Origin: Longimicrobiales bacterium
GTDB lineage: Bacteria > Gemmatimonadota > Gemmatimonadetes > Longimicrobiales > Gaopeijiaceae
Direction: 5' to 3'
Length of the DNA stretch: 64,000 nt
Assembly (NCBI GenBank): GCA_965218295.1
Contig: CBDCKN010000012.1
Span: forward strand, 32,001 to 96,000
Both the position numbers and the translations under genes were made by a program. A model generated the notes under the pieces. That model did not search any database. It saw nothing but the letters and a program-made list of their open reading frames with translations, and was not told the DNA's origin. This document shows, piece by piece, positions 40,266 to 51,177 of this stretch. Every line of letters starts with the position of its first letter. The stretch's first letter is position 1.

Positions 40266-41108
40266 GTGAAGGGAACCGAGGATGTGTTCGTGCCTCCCGA
40301 ATCATCTCAAGGGCCTTTTCCAGGCCTCGATGGGATGCGCTTTGACGAGTCCCAATGCGACACCGTGCCGGGCGATCATACGTCCATGGTCAAGCCCCTG
40401 AACGAGGGGGATGACTGCGTTGCATTCGTGATCGCACGGATACAGGGGGAGGCGGCTCTAACCGGGATCTGGTCGGCTTCCTGGGAGGCCATTGGGACAG
40501 GAGAGGCCCAAGCCACAGTCCAGAAGTACGGTGCGAATCCGGCCGATCTCGATAAGAAGACCCGTGTAGCCCTCGCGCTCGCCTACGATGTTCTGGGCGA
40601 TCGGGACAAGGCGATCGAAGTTATCAAGACGAGCGCGGAGGGCGACGCGGACGCGATGGGAACGCTCGCGGGTCGATACAAGCGCTCATGGCGGGACACC
40701 CGAAGTGAAACACAGGCCAAGCAGGCGCTGGACCTCTATCAGGCCGCATATGAAGTCGCCACGGAGGACGCCGCCGCGAAGATGGCCTACTACAACGGCG
40801 TCAACGTCGCCTACATGAAGCTCGCGGCTCTTGACGATGCCGGGGGCGCACGGGACATGGCGAACGACGTGCTGCACTGGCTCGCGGAGTCCCATGAGGA
40901 GGATCCTCCGTGGAAGGAGGCGACGGAAGGCGAGGCGTTGTTGTACGTTGGGAAGAAAGACGAGGCGATCCAGCGGTACCGTGCAGCTATCGAGTCGCGC
41001 CCTGCGGGTGAGCCACCTAAGCCCTGGATGCTCGCATCAATGTACCAGCAAGCGATCAGCATCGGCCGGTCCCTCAACGACCAGGACCTCATCGAAGCGA
41101 TCGAATAA
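40266..41108 (+). pseudogene. 5'-truncated protein: hydrolase-like tail + MAP3K-TRAF-binding/TPR-S-type repeats
   Basis: GDHTSMVKP, then DAMGTLAGRYKR...ALDLY..AY...YY.G.NVA...W..AT.GEA. Confidence 0.65.
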
Positions 41109-41159
41109 CTCTTCCGCGGAGAATAACGTGCAGCGTGAGGGGGGCGGGGACATACGATC

Positions 41160-41408
41160 ATGAGCAATCTACGAGAGTACCGGCGACGGGATGGTACGCC
41201 GGTGACCGCTACCCAGCTAAATCTCGACACAGACGGCTTCACGTACCGGAAGTGGGGCGGCGTTCAAACCGCGTCGCCTGGGGACTGGCTTGTGAACCGA
41301 GAAGACGAGGCGTATACGGTGGAACGCGAGGTCTTCGAACGCACCTACCGGATGATCAGTCCCGGCTTGTATGAAAAAGCGACCCCGGTATGGGCGCGCG
41401 TCGCGGAG
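41160..41408 (+). pseudogene. PGDYG-like domain gene truncated by an IS end
   Basis: KWGGVQTASPGDWLV...Y.V....FERTY. Runs into the IS end at 41409. Confidence 0.6.
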
Positions 41409-41478
41409 CCCTCTCTGCCAACTTACGTGAGACACGGAGCAGCTAAGGAATTAGAGTAGGGCGAAGGCAGAGAAACCG
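41409..41478 (+). mobile_element. Solo end (orfA side) of the IS3-like element, inverted relative to the full copies
   Basis: ccctctctgccaacttacgtgagacac...gagaaaccg is the reverse complement of 32088-32157. Confidence 0.85.
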
Positions 41479-41795
41479 GGTAGACTGGGAGATCAGAGAA
41501 TCGCGGCGGCTGAACAAAGGGGTTGTGGCCATGCACAAGGGCGATACCCCTCCAGCGACGCTCCCGAAGGCTGTGAGGGACGAGAACGTGAAGGTGGTTC
41601 CATGGTCCCAACTCGCTGACGCGATCGAACAAGCCTCGAAGAATCGGTCATAGTAAAGCCAGGCCATTCGGTACGGTGCCTGTCAGATAACCCTGACCCG
41701 AGCTTCGGGCCCATGTCGCTTCCGCGAGTAGTGCTGCGATGCTCAATGCGGGTGGAGGACTCGTACTCGAAGAGCATCTCAGGTGGGGGGTCGAG

Positions 41796-43036
41796 CGGAG
41801 CCTGTCAACGCCAGTGAGACACTCTTGGGAATTAATTAGAGAGCAATCTCCTGTGTCGTGAGGGAGGGGGTTGGAGGATTGATCCAGACGGCCTCCGGGA
41901 GCGGTTTGGGCTTCGGCTCACCGGAGACGAAGCGGTCGGGATGAGCGGCCCAGGCCTCGCGTAGCACGGCCTCCCTGCCGGCGATGACCTGATCGGCGTG
42001 ACCGAAGTGGACCTGTTCGGGGGTCAGCATCGAGATGCCGCCATGGCGGTGCTCGGCATTGTACCAGCGGAAGAACGAGCGACAGAACATTTTGGCCTGG
42101 CCCTGATCCTCGAACCGTCCAGGAAACGAGGGATGGTACTTCAAGGTCTTGAACTGGGCCTCGGAGAACGGATTGTCATCCGACACCTGAGGTCGGCTCA
42201 GCGAGCGGGTCACCCCGAGATCGGCGAGGAGCTGAGCCGTGCATTGGCTCGTCATCGGAGCTCCTCGATCCGAGTGCAAGGTCAGGACCTGGGGCTGGAC
42301 GCCATGCTTCAGGCAACTCTGCTGGATCAGGCGCCCGGCCAAGGCCGAGCTCTCCCGATCCGCCACCATCCATCCCACGATGTAGCGGCTGAAGATGTCC
42401 ATGATGACGTAGAGGTAGAAGTAGCTCCACTTCCTCGGCCCCAGCAGCCGTGTGATATCCCAGGACCAGACCTGGCCCGGGCCCGTCGCCATCAACTCGG
42501 GTTTCTGGTATTCGGGATGACTCCGCTGCGCTCGGCGCTCTCGAACTGGCACTTGGGAGGCCAGAACGCGATACATCGTACGTTCGCTGCACAGGTAGAC
42601 GTCTTCGTCGAGCAGGGTCGCCACAACCTCGGCCGGGGACCGGTCCACGAATCGCTCCGAACACAGCGTGTCGAAGACCTTGTCTCGTTCCTTCTCGCTC
42701 AAGGCCCGGGCTGGGGTCGGGCGGGGCTGCTGATGCCCGGTCGATGGCCTCCGACGACGATAGAACGTGGCTCGGGCGACCCTGAGCGCATCGCACGTGG
42801 GCTTTACCCCTACGTACGTGGCCAGCGCCTCGGCCGCCTTCACGAGTTCGTCCCGTCCTCGAGGCTCAATCCCAGCAGCCCTGCAACTTTTCCCTGGACG
42901 TCGATGATCAGGCGCGCCTTCTCGAGTTCCTTCTCCAGGCGAGTGTTCTCGCGCTCCAGCTTGCGCACTTTCCCCTCCAGCGGATTCCGTTCGCTCGGCT
43001 TTCGACCTCGTCTCTTCGACAGCACTCTCAGCGACC
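41796..43036 (-). mobile_element. Diverged isoform of the IS3-like element; orfA truncated by the IS at 43037
   Basis: cggagcctgtcaacgccagtgagacac end, intact orfB, partial orfA. Confidence 0.88.
41836..42843 (-). CDS. IS3-family transposase OrfB (isoform)
   Basis: Same DDE motifs as copies 1 and 2. Confidence 0.9.
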   Translation of the reverse strand: MKAAEALATYVGVKPTCDALRVARATFYRRRRPSTGHQQPRPTPARALSEKERDKVFDTLCSERFVDRSPAEVVATLLDEDVYLCSERTMYRVLASQVPVRERRAQRSHPEYQKPELMATGPGQVWSWDITRLLGPRKWSYFYLYVIMDIFSRYIVGWMVADRESSALAGRLIQQSCLKHGVQPQVLTLHSDRGAPMTSQCTAQLLADLGVTRSLSRPQVSDDNPFSEAQFKTLKYHPSFPGRFEDQGQAKMFCRSFFRWYNAEHRHGGISMLTPEQVHFGHADQVIAGREAVLREAWAAHPDRFVSGEPKPKPLPEAVWINPPTPSLTTQEIAL

Positions 43037-43543
43037 TGACCTAGCCCCCTGAAACGAGACCAGGTCCAGTGTTAGAATCTGGGCGGGTCGAGACCGGGAG
43101 GAGGTCGAGATGGCAGCACGGAAGAACTACACGGCAGCGCAGATCATCAACGGGCTACGGCGGGCGGAAGTGGGGCTCGCCAACGGGAAGTCGCTGAAAG
43201 AGGTGATCCGGGATCTAGGGGTGAGCGAGCAGACGTACTACCGGTGGCGGAGGGAGTACGGGGGGATGAAGACGAGTCAGGCGAAGCGTCTGAAGGAGCT
43301 CGAGAAGGAGAACCATCGACTGAAGCGGGCGGTGGCCGATCTGACGGTGGACAAGATGATCCTGAAGGAAGCGTCAAAGGGAAACTTCTAAGCCCCGAGC
43401 GGCGGAGGCGCTGTGTGGTGCGGGTCCAGCAGCGGCTCGGGGTGAGCGAGAGGCGAGCGTGCGAGGTGTTGGGCCAGGCTCGATCGACACAACGGAGGAG
43501 TCGGAAGAGAGGGGCTGATGAAGCGGCGCTACGAGCGGACGTG

Positions 43544-45000
43544 GATGGTGTCCCGCTGACAGTTGAAGGTGGTGGCTCCGGAGAGTCTCCTTGTTAGCCT
43601 GCCTTTCTCATTTCGGCAACCGGTTCATGGTCGTCGAGGTGGGCCCTGAGCATCCAGAGCTGGTCGTAGCCGATGATCCTCCGGTAGCTCTTCTCGGTCT
43701 CCACGAACGAGGCCGCAGCCCAGCGCAAGGCCATCGCTCCGTTCTTCCAGTTGGTCACCCTGCGGGTCTTCTGTCTTACGCCCGAGTGGGTGCTGTCGAT
43801 CAGGTTGGTCGAGCCCAGGCACTTCCTCAGCCGCGGCGGGAGGCCGAGCCGGTTGATCGTGAACATCTCGCTGAGGCCTTCGCGTAGGCTGGCCGAGGCC
43901 GAGGGGTGGTCGCGCTCGAGCCATCGGGCGAGCTGCTCGAGCTTCTGCTCGCCCTGCTTCGCGTCCAGCTTCATCGCCGCCCGGAACGCCGCCTTCACCT
44001 GAGGATGCTGATCCTTCGGCAGATGACCCAGCACGTTGCGGAGCTTGTGGTTGCGGCAGCGCTGGATGGGGTGACGTTGGCCGAACACCTTCTCGATCGC
44101 CTTCCTGAGCGCTTTCGAGCCATCGATCACGAACAGCCGCCGCCTGCCCGGGTCCAGGCCGCGCTCGACCAGATCCTCTAGGAGCGCCCCGGTCACCTCG
44201 GCGTTCTCACTCGCTCCTTCCCTCACGCCCAGCACGTGCTTCTTTCCGTCTGAGTCCACGCCTACCGCAGCAAGCACGTGGTGCGAGCCCATCTGGATCC
44301 CGTCCAGGTAGATCACCAGGAGGTCCCACGCATCCAGCCGGCGCTCCATCAGCTCCTTCAGCACGCGCTCCGAGGCCTCGACCGTCTCACGGCTCACCGC
44401 CGACTTGCTCACCCCGACCGTGTCGGCCATCTCACCGATCACACGGCCGTACTTCCGCGTGCTCACCCCCGCCATCAGGACCTCGAGCATCCGATCCGCC
44501 ACGGCGCCCGGTCTCCGCATCGCTGCGTACGCCGGCACCTCGACCTCGCCACCCTCCCCGGCGCCCCGGCGCCTGAGCCGTGGCCGCTCCACACGCACCT
44601 TCCGGTCCGACAGGTAAACCACACCACCCTGCCGGCCATACCACACCGTGTCGTCTTCCGCTCGTGACCGACCTGCCTGCTTCACGCCTGCCACACCCTC
44701 GGCGCTCATCTCCAGCACCGCTTCGATCGTCGCTCGTCCCATCACCTGGATGACTTCGTCGATCGCGACCTCCGTCTGCTCCACGAGCTCAAGCATCGGA
44801 AGCAGAAACTGCCCCTCCCGCTTCAGGAACTCCCTGATCGCGCGCTTGTCCGCCCGATCCCTTACCTCGTACGTTCTCTTCATCGTGGTGGCTCCGTGTT
44901 GGGGTTTTTGCCTACCCGAGCCTATCGGCCCGGGACCCCCGGAGCCACCACTTTTCTTTCTCCCCTATCAGGAACCTTCAACTACGGTTGGGACAGCTTC
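43544..45000 (-). mobile_element. IS256-family element, copy 1 (1457 bp)
   Basis: IRs GATGGTGTCCC / GGGACAGCTTC. 8-bp TSD CGGACGTG. Confidence 0.93.
43594..44883 (-). CDS. IS256-family transposase
   Basis: GVSTRK, YLDG, G.K..LG...G..E, DG.KAL, QRC..HK.RN and STNLID motifs. Confidence 0.93.
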   Translation of the reverse strand: MKRTYEVRDRADKRAIREFLKREGQFLLPMLELVEQTEVAIDEVIQVMGRATIEAVLEMSAEGVAGVKQAGRSRAEDDTVWYGRQGGVVYLSDRKVRVERPRLRRRGAGEGGEVEVPAYAAMRRPGAVADRMLEVLMAGVSTRKYGRVIGEMADTVGVSKSAVSRETVEASERVLKELMERRLDAWDLLVIYLDGIQMGSHHVLAAVGVDSDGKKHVLGVREGASENAEVTGALLEDLVERGLDPGRRRLFVIDGSKALRKAIEKVFGQRHPIQRCRNHKLRNVLGHLPKDQHPQVKAAFRAAMKLDAKQGEQKLEQLARWLERDHPSASASLREGLSEMFTINRLGLPPRLRKCLGSTNLIDSTHSGVRQKTRRVTNWKNGAMALRWAAASFVETEKSYRRIIGYDQLWMLRAHLDDHEPVAEMRKAG

Positions 45001-45955
45001 CGGACGTGGTCAAGGTGGCGGGTCGGTTCGGTCGCTACGGGTACCGGATGGTTACAGGGATGTTGAGGGCGGAGGGCTGGGTGGTGAACCACAAGCGGGT
45101 GGAGCGGATCTGGAGAGAGGAGGGCCTGAAAGTGCCCAAGAAACAGCCCAAACGGGGCCGGCTCTGGTTTACGGACGGCTCATGCATCCGGCTTCGACCC
45201 TTGTACCGCCATCACGTCTGGGCGTATGACTTCGTGGCGGATCGGACGCACGACGGTCGGCCGCTGAAGATGCTGACGGTGTTGGATGAATACAGCCGGG
45301 AGTGTCTGGCGATCGTAGTGGCCCGAAGGCTCAGGGCGGACGATGTGTTGCAGACGCTCAGTGAGCTCTTTGTCGAGCATGGTCCACCGGCCAATCTCCG
45401 GTCCGACAACGGTCCGGAGTTCACGGCCAAGGTGGTTCGTGAGTGGCTCGAGCGGGTCGAGGTGAAGACGCTGTATATCGAGCCGGGTAGCCCGTGGGAG
45501 AATGGCTACAACGAAAGCTTCAACGGGACGCTGGGCGAAGAAGTCCTGAAGCGGGAGATCTTCTACTCGTTGGAGGAGGCGAAAGTGCTCATCGAACAGT
45601 GGCGGCGGGAGTACAACACCATCCGACCCCACAGCTCGCTCCGCTACCGACCACCGGCCCCCGAAGCGCTACGGCCCGATCCCTTCTTCTTGAATCTGCC
45701 CAAGCTTAACGGCCCTCACCCCAGGCTGCAGGAGGCCGTTGGACTAACACAGTAGGTGGTACCACTATTGGGGGCCGGTCAGTGACGAGCCTCTAGTTCG
45801 TCGTTTTCTCCTTTGCTTTAGCCGTCCTTCTCCGGAGGGTCGAGGAGCTCGGCTCCGCAGGAGGCGAGTGGAGCGCTTTGGAGAGCTCCGTATGGTGACG
45901 CATGCGGTAGCTGTTGCCGCGGATGTTGACGATGTGGCAGTGGTGCAGGAGCCGG

Positions 45956-47412
45956 GATGGTGTCCCGCTGACAGTTGAAGGTGGTGGCTCCGGAGAGTCT
46001 CCTTGTTAGCCTGCCTTTCTCATTTCGGCAACCGGTTCATGGTCGTCGAGGTGGGCCCTGAGCATCCAGAGCTGGTCGTAGCCGATGATCCTCCGGTAGC
46101 TCTTCTCGGTCTCCACGAACGAGGCCGCAGCCCAGCGCAAGGCCATCGCTCCGTTCTTCCAGTTGGTCACCCTGCGGGTCTTCTGTCTTACGCCCGAGTG
46201 GGTGCTGTCGATCAGGTTGGTCGAGCCCAGGCACTTCCTCAGCCGCGGCGGGAGGCCGAGCCGGTTGATCGTGAACATCTCGCTGAGGCCTTCGCGTAGG
46301 CTGGCCGAGGCCGAGGGGTGGTCGCGCTCGAGCCATCGGGCGAGCTGCTCGAGCTTCTGCTCGCCCTGCTTCGCGTCCAGCTTCATCGCCGCCCGGAACG
46401 CCGCCTTCACCTGAGGATGCTGATCCTTCGGCAGATGACCCAGCACGTTGCGGAGCTTGTGGTTGCGGCAGCGCTGGATGGGGTGACGTTGGCCGAACAC
46501 CTTCTCGATCGCCTTCCTGAGCGCTTTCGAGCCATCGATCACGAACAGCCGCCGCCTGCCCGGGTCCAGGCCGCGCTCGACCAGATCCTCTAGGAGCGCC
46601 CCGGTCACCTCGGCGTTCTCACTCGCTCCTTCCCTCACGCCCAGCACGTGCTTCTTTCCGTCTGAGTCCACGCCTACCGCAGCAAGCACGTGGTGCGAGC
46701 CCATCTGGATCCCGTCCAGGTAGATCACCAGGAGGTCCCACGCATCCAGCCGGCGCTCCATCAGCTCCTTCAGCACGCGCTCCGAGGCCTCGACCGTCTC
46801 ACGGCTCACCGCCGACTTGCTCACCCCGACCGTGTCGGCCATCTCACCGATCACACGGCCGTACTTCCGCGTGCTCACCCCCGCCATCAGGACCTCGAGC
46901 ATCCGATCCGCCACGGCGCCCGGTCTCCGCATCGCTGCGTACGCCGGCACCTCGACCTCGCCACCCTCCCCGGCGCCCCGGCGCCTGAGCCGTGGCCGCT
47001 CCACACGCACCTTCCGGTCCGACAGGTAAACCACACCACCCTGCCGGCCATACCACACCGTGTCGTCTTCCGCTCGTGACCGACCTGCCTGCTTCACGCC
47101 TGCCACACCCTCGGCGCTCATCTCCAGCACCGCTTCGATCGTCGCTCGTCCCATCACCTGGATGACTTCGTCGATCGCGACCTCCGTCTGCTCCACGAGC
47201 TCAAGCATCGGAAGCAGAAACTGCCCCTCCCGCTTCAGGAACTCCCTGATCGCGCGCTTGTCCGCCCGATCCCTTACCTCGTACGTTCTCTTCATCGTGG
47301 TGGCTCCGTGTTGGGGTTTTTGCCTACCCGAGCCTATCGGCCCGGGACCCCCGGAGCCACCACTTTTCTTTCTCCCCTATCAGGAACCTTCAACTACGGT
47401 TGGGACAGCTTC
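45956..47412 (-). mobile_element. IS256-family element, copy 2
   Basis: Matches copy 1. Flanks GGAGCCGG / GAAGCCGG. Confidence 0.93.
46006..47295 (-). CDS. IS256-family transposase
   Basis: Protein identical to copy 1. Confidence 0.93.
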   Translation of the reverse strand: MKRTYEVRDRADKRAIREFLKREGQFLLPMLELVEQTEVAIDEVIQVMGRATIEAVLEMSAEGVAGVKQAGRSRAEDDTVWYGRQGGVVYLSDRKVRVERPRLRRRGAGEGGEVEVPAYAAMRRPGAVADRMLEVLMAGVSTRKYGRVIGEMADTVGVSKSAVSRETVEASERVLKELMERRLDAWDLLVIYLDGIQMGSHHVLAAVGVDSDGKKHVLGVREGASENAEVTGALLEDLVERGLDPGRRRLFVIDGSKALRKAIEKVFGQRHPIQRCRNHKLRNVLGHLPKDQHPQVKAAFRAAMKLDAKQGEQKLEQLARWLERDHPSASASLREGLSEMFTINRLGLPPRLRKCLGSTNLIDSTHSGVRQKTRRVTNWKNGAMALRWAAASFVETEKSYRRIIGYDQLWMLRAHLDDHEPVAEMRKAG

Positions 47413-48096
47413 GAAGCCGGTCGATGAGCGCCGCAGCCATGACCTCGTCGCCCAGGATCTGGCCCCACTCCTCGAAGCCCTTATTGGACGTGAGCACAGT
47501 GGATGCGTGCTCGTAGCGCCGGTTGATCAGCTGGAAGAAGAACATCGCGCCGGTCTGGCTGACCGGTAGGTAGCCGATCTCGTCGACGACCAGGAGCGAA
47601 GGGTAGGTCAGGATCTTGAGGCGGTGTCCCAGCCGGCCCGCGGCTTTGGCTTCTTCCAGCGAGGTGATGAGGTCGGCCAGGGCGCCGTAGTAGACCCTGC
47701 GGCCACTCTGGGCTGCGGCGATGGCCAGGCTGATCGCCAGATGCGTTTTGCCGACGCCCGGAGGGCCGAGGAAGATCACGTTCTCCTTCCGCTCCAGGAA
47801 GCCGAGCTCGTGGAGACTGTCGATCTGCTCGCGCTTGATCGAGGGCTGGAAGGTGAAGTCGAAGTCCTCGAGCAACTTGATGGCCGGCAGCCGGCTGGAG
47901 CGCATGGCGACTTGGAGGCGCCGGTTGTTGCGCAGCGTGATCTGGGCACCGAGGAGTTGCTCGATCGCCTCTGAGGCCGTGACCCCTCCGCCATCGACTC
48001 CGGTGAGGACCTCGTCCAGTGCCTCCAGCGCACCGGGCATCTTGAGATCGGCGAGCTGGGCCCGGATCCGGTCGCGGCGTGAGCGAGCGCCGGCCT

Positions 48097-48625
48097 TCAT
48101 CGTCCACCTCCCGTCACCTGGGCGTAGGCCTCCAGCGACCGACGCTCTACGGCGATGCGGGGAAGGACAGCCTTGGCCCGCCTCTTCGCCTCGGGCGGCA
48201 AGACGAAGGACCGGTACGGGCGCGAGGCCAGGGGCCCCAACACGTCTTGCTCACGCTCGAGGCGATCGACGGGTCGCTCCTTCAGCGTGCCATGGACGCG
48301 GACGTTGGCCACGTGATCGAGCCAGTGGCGGGCCTGACGGTTGAGATCCTCGTCCGACGTGAAGGTCCGACCGTAGAAGAAGCTCGAACGGACGTAACTC
48401 ACCGGTCGCTCGACCTTGCCTTTGGTCCGGGCCCGGTAGGGCCTGCATGCCCGGATCCGGAAGCCATGATGGTTCGCGAAGCGCAGGAACTCGGTGTTCT
48501 CAGTGAGGCGACCTCCGTCGTCTCGCTCACCCCTGATGATGACGGCCTTCATCTGGTCGAACAGCAACTCTCGGGGCACGCCGCCGAAGAAGGCGAACGC
48601 CCCCTCCAGACCCTCGAAGACCTCC
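48097..48625 (-). pseudogene. istA: C-terminal half of IS21 transposase IstA
   Basis: AFAFFGGVPRELLFDQMK...CRPYRARTKGKVERPV...RVHGT motifs. Confidence 0.85.
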
Positions 48626-48972
48626 CCACCCGTAGCGCTGACGCAGATCCACGACGTGTTCCACGACACCTTCCGCTACGGCATGCGGGCAGTGGTGGGG
48701 CCGGTGAGAGCGGTCGTGGAGTCCCTCGAATCCCTCCGCGAGGAACCGTGTCCACCACTTGTATCCGGCGGCCCTGCTGATGCTGTAGCGCCTACAGGAC
48801 TCGGCGAAACCGAAGGTGCGTTGCTGAACTTCGAGGATGAAACGTACTCTTTGCTCGTACATGGTCGACTGGTTCCAGTCCATCGGGCTCTCCTTGTTGC
48901 AGAACCCTGGTTGATAGGAACCTGTCAACCATCAGTGTAGGCCATTGTGTAAACCATCAGGGGTAGGCTGTA
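48626..48972 (-). mobile_element. IS481-like remnant: end repeats + N-terminal HTH
   Basis: MDWNQSTMYEQRVRFI...CRRYSISRAAGYKWW.RF...GL.DRS.RPH.CP. Tandem GCCTAC..CTGATGGTT repeats upstream. Confidence 0.7.
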
Positions 48973-49059
48973 CCACCGCTCCGTCTAACCCCCGATTGCT
49001 ACTAGCGCGATACCGGGCGGGTCACGCTTCGATCTGTTCGTGCGTCCGGAGACTCGGAA

Positions 49060-49225
49060 TTCCCCTCCAATCCGCCGAGTTCCCGCCAGGCAACCCGAGT
49101 TTTTGGGGCCCCGCTTGGGGTCCCGTAGGGCCCTTTTCGGCCCCAGCTCACCGACACAAAAAAAGGCAGGAAGCCCAGGCAGTACTGGGCTTCCGCCCAA
49201 TGAGCCGGGTGGGTCTCGAGCCCTA
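49060..49225. repeat. att-arm-like repeat, copy B, followed by a degenerate tRNA-3'-like segment
   Basis: About 115-bp match to 51578-51695, then tgagccgggtgggtctcgagccc at the position where copy C has tRNA-Lys. Confidence 0.7.
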
Positions 49226-49312
49226 TTCGACATGCGTGGCGGACATGAGGGAAACTTCCCTACGCTTATCCTCGCACTATCTCTGACCCCGCCGAGAGGC
49301 GGCAACCGCATT

Positions 49313-49899
49313 GTTATGTGCCGTTCGTGGCCACTGCTCATCTCGCCGCTTCCGCCGACCCTCGGACACTGTCGAGCCCTCGCCATACAGTGATTACGAT
49401 CCAGGGGACCCGGTCCGTAATGCGGTTTCGCACGACGATCTCCCTCCACGGACCCAGGGACGGCTCACCGCCCTTTTCGGTCAGGTCCACGACGAGCGCG
49501 TGATCTTCGTCCGCTGGCAAGTCGCTCTCCGGTATCTCGAATACTTGGTCGAATTCCTCAGCTACGCATGGAACTGGAGATGAAGCCTGTGCCGGCGGAA
49601 GAGCCAACGCGAAGATGGTCTCGACTCCGCGGAACGAAGCATCTGGTCGTTGAAGTTGAGCGGCAAAGTGCTTCCAGCCATAACTGCGTAGATGCCTCTC
49701 CCCACTCTCGTGATAACTCGCATGAACGTCCCGAGTCGTCTCCGCCGTCTGAATCAGGAAGTAGACGTCACCGCTCCGAGATCTACGAACACGGGCAAGA
49801 AGCCATAAGCCGATGTCGTTCCGCACCGCGATGCCATACATCTCACCGTCGGTTCCCTTCATGGCTCAACTCCAGTCAGCCAGGCGAATGGCACATAAC
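49313..49899 (-). mobile_element. Probable solo integron-type gene cassette
   Basis: Single ORF bracketed on the minus strand by GTTATGTGCC (49899) and GGCACATAAC (49313), which are complementary core-like sites. Confidence 0.45.
49338..49862 (-). CDS. Hypothetical protein
   Basis: 174-aa ORF with GGAG RBS. No recognised family. Confidence 0.6.
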   Translation of the reverse strand: MKGTDGEMYGIAVRNDIGLWLLARVRRSRSGDVYFLIQTAETTRDVHASYHESGERHLRSYGWKHFAAQLQRPDASFRGVETIFALALPPAQASSPVPCVAEEFDQVFEIPESDLPADEDHALVVDLTEKGGEPSLGPWREIVVRNRITDRVPWIVITVWRGLDSVRGSAEAAR

Positions 49900-50149
49900 G
49901 GGCCCGGGCTTCCGAACCGGCAACCGAATGCTCCTGGGTCAGCTCTCTTCGATGATTGCTCCACCGTTCGTCACCACCCGACCGCTCGAGCCGGTTTCTC
50001 CGGAGCGGCCGAAGGCCGCGCAGGCGGAACCCGTTTCGTTATCTGACGGCGCCACCATGACCCGTCTTTAAGTCACCTTTCACCGGTGGCTGTGGCGGGT
50101 ACGGACGCCTCTCCCCTTTGGGCCCTTGCCTCTCCAAGCCGACGGATCG

Positions 50150-51177
50150 CTACAAGAAAGCGACGATCTCTATGGGCGCTCCTACACCTCGCAGAGCGAC
50201 CGCGCCCATGGGTTCCGGAGTCAGCTCAGCGGGGAGATCGAGGCCGTCGAGCAGGGAGCGGGACGCCAGAAATCGTCGACCAAGACGACTACATTCCCCT
50301 TGAATCCGCGCGGTCACGTTCAACACCTCACCGTTGAACGCGATCTCCTTCTTCAGATCCACCATTTGTGCCGCGATCACCTCACCGGAGTGCAAAGCTG
50401 CCTTGAAATCGGGGACGGCCCCGTACCGCTTCAGGTACCGGTCGGCGTTCGCGCGGACCGCTTCATCGATCTGGAAGAACGCCCGGACGCAGTTGGCGTC
50501 TTCTACTCCCCGGTCGAGTTTCCACGTGATTACGACTTGGTCTCCCACGTATTCGTAGATCTCTCGCCGCGCGTATCCAACACGGGCCCTGACACGTCGT
50601 GGAAGAAGTCGTTGACTAGCCCGTAATAAGCCTCAAGCGAGAGACGCTCGGAGAGTTCGGTAGAACTCGTGATGTCGACGAACATGAAGACCCGCTGCTC
50701 TCGCCGCGGACGGTGGTACCGACCGATGACATAGCGCAGCAACACGCCGGGTCCGAGAAGGCGGTCCAGCTGCCGTAGAAAGATGATCACCATGTATAAC
50801 AGGAACGCCGTAGCCATCGTGGCGAGATTCCGGGGCAAGAACTCGACAAACTGGTCGAACGTGCGGCCTTCGAGCATGCCGAAGATCATTCCTAGGCCCA
50901 GGACGATTGCGGCCAGTGCGGCGACGTAGGTCACGGTCTTGAGAAGGACCGCGGCCCCGAACGGGAGGCGACGGAAACGCTCTGACAGGGCCGAAGACTC
51001 GAGGACGATCAGCGGTAGGGCCAGGAGCACCCCGAAGAACGTGACGGTCAGGGGCTCACGCGGCGCGATCTCGGGTGCTAGGTACCACCTGACGTTGTCC
51101 CACGTGAGCGCCACAATCACAAAGAAGACGATGACAGGGACAGCGTCCCGCAGGTGACGTGCCAATCTTGGACTCAT
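50150..51177 (-). pseudogene. Membrane-anchored class III adenylate/guanylate cyclase, frameshift at about 50562
   Basis: Four TM helices, FMFVDITSST, then IYEYVGDQ...GEVLNVTARI in the next frame. Extra AG in a GAGAG run. Confidence 0.82.

Larger units (their letters stand above)
43037..45781 (+). mobile_element. IS3-family (IS407-group-like) element interrupted by IS256
   Basis: IRs TGACCTAGCCCCC / GGGGGCCGGTCA. orfA 43110-43391. orfB split (about 43388-43543 and 45001-45755) with WAYDFV, SDNGPEF and PGSPWENGYNESFNG motifs. Confidence 0.9.
45793..48100 (-). pseudogene. istB: IS21-family helper ATPase IstB interrupted by IS256 copy 2
   Basis: GPPGVGKTHLA, VVDEIGY and AAALIDR|LLHHCHIVNIRGNSYR (45955-45793). 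Confidence 0.9.

Noticed and set aside
41479..41795. Short ORFs between the IS ends
   Set aside because: No recognisable motif or consistent frame; probably degraded sequence.
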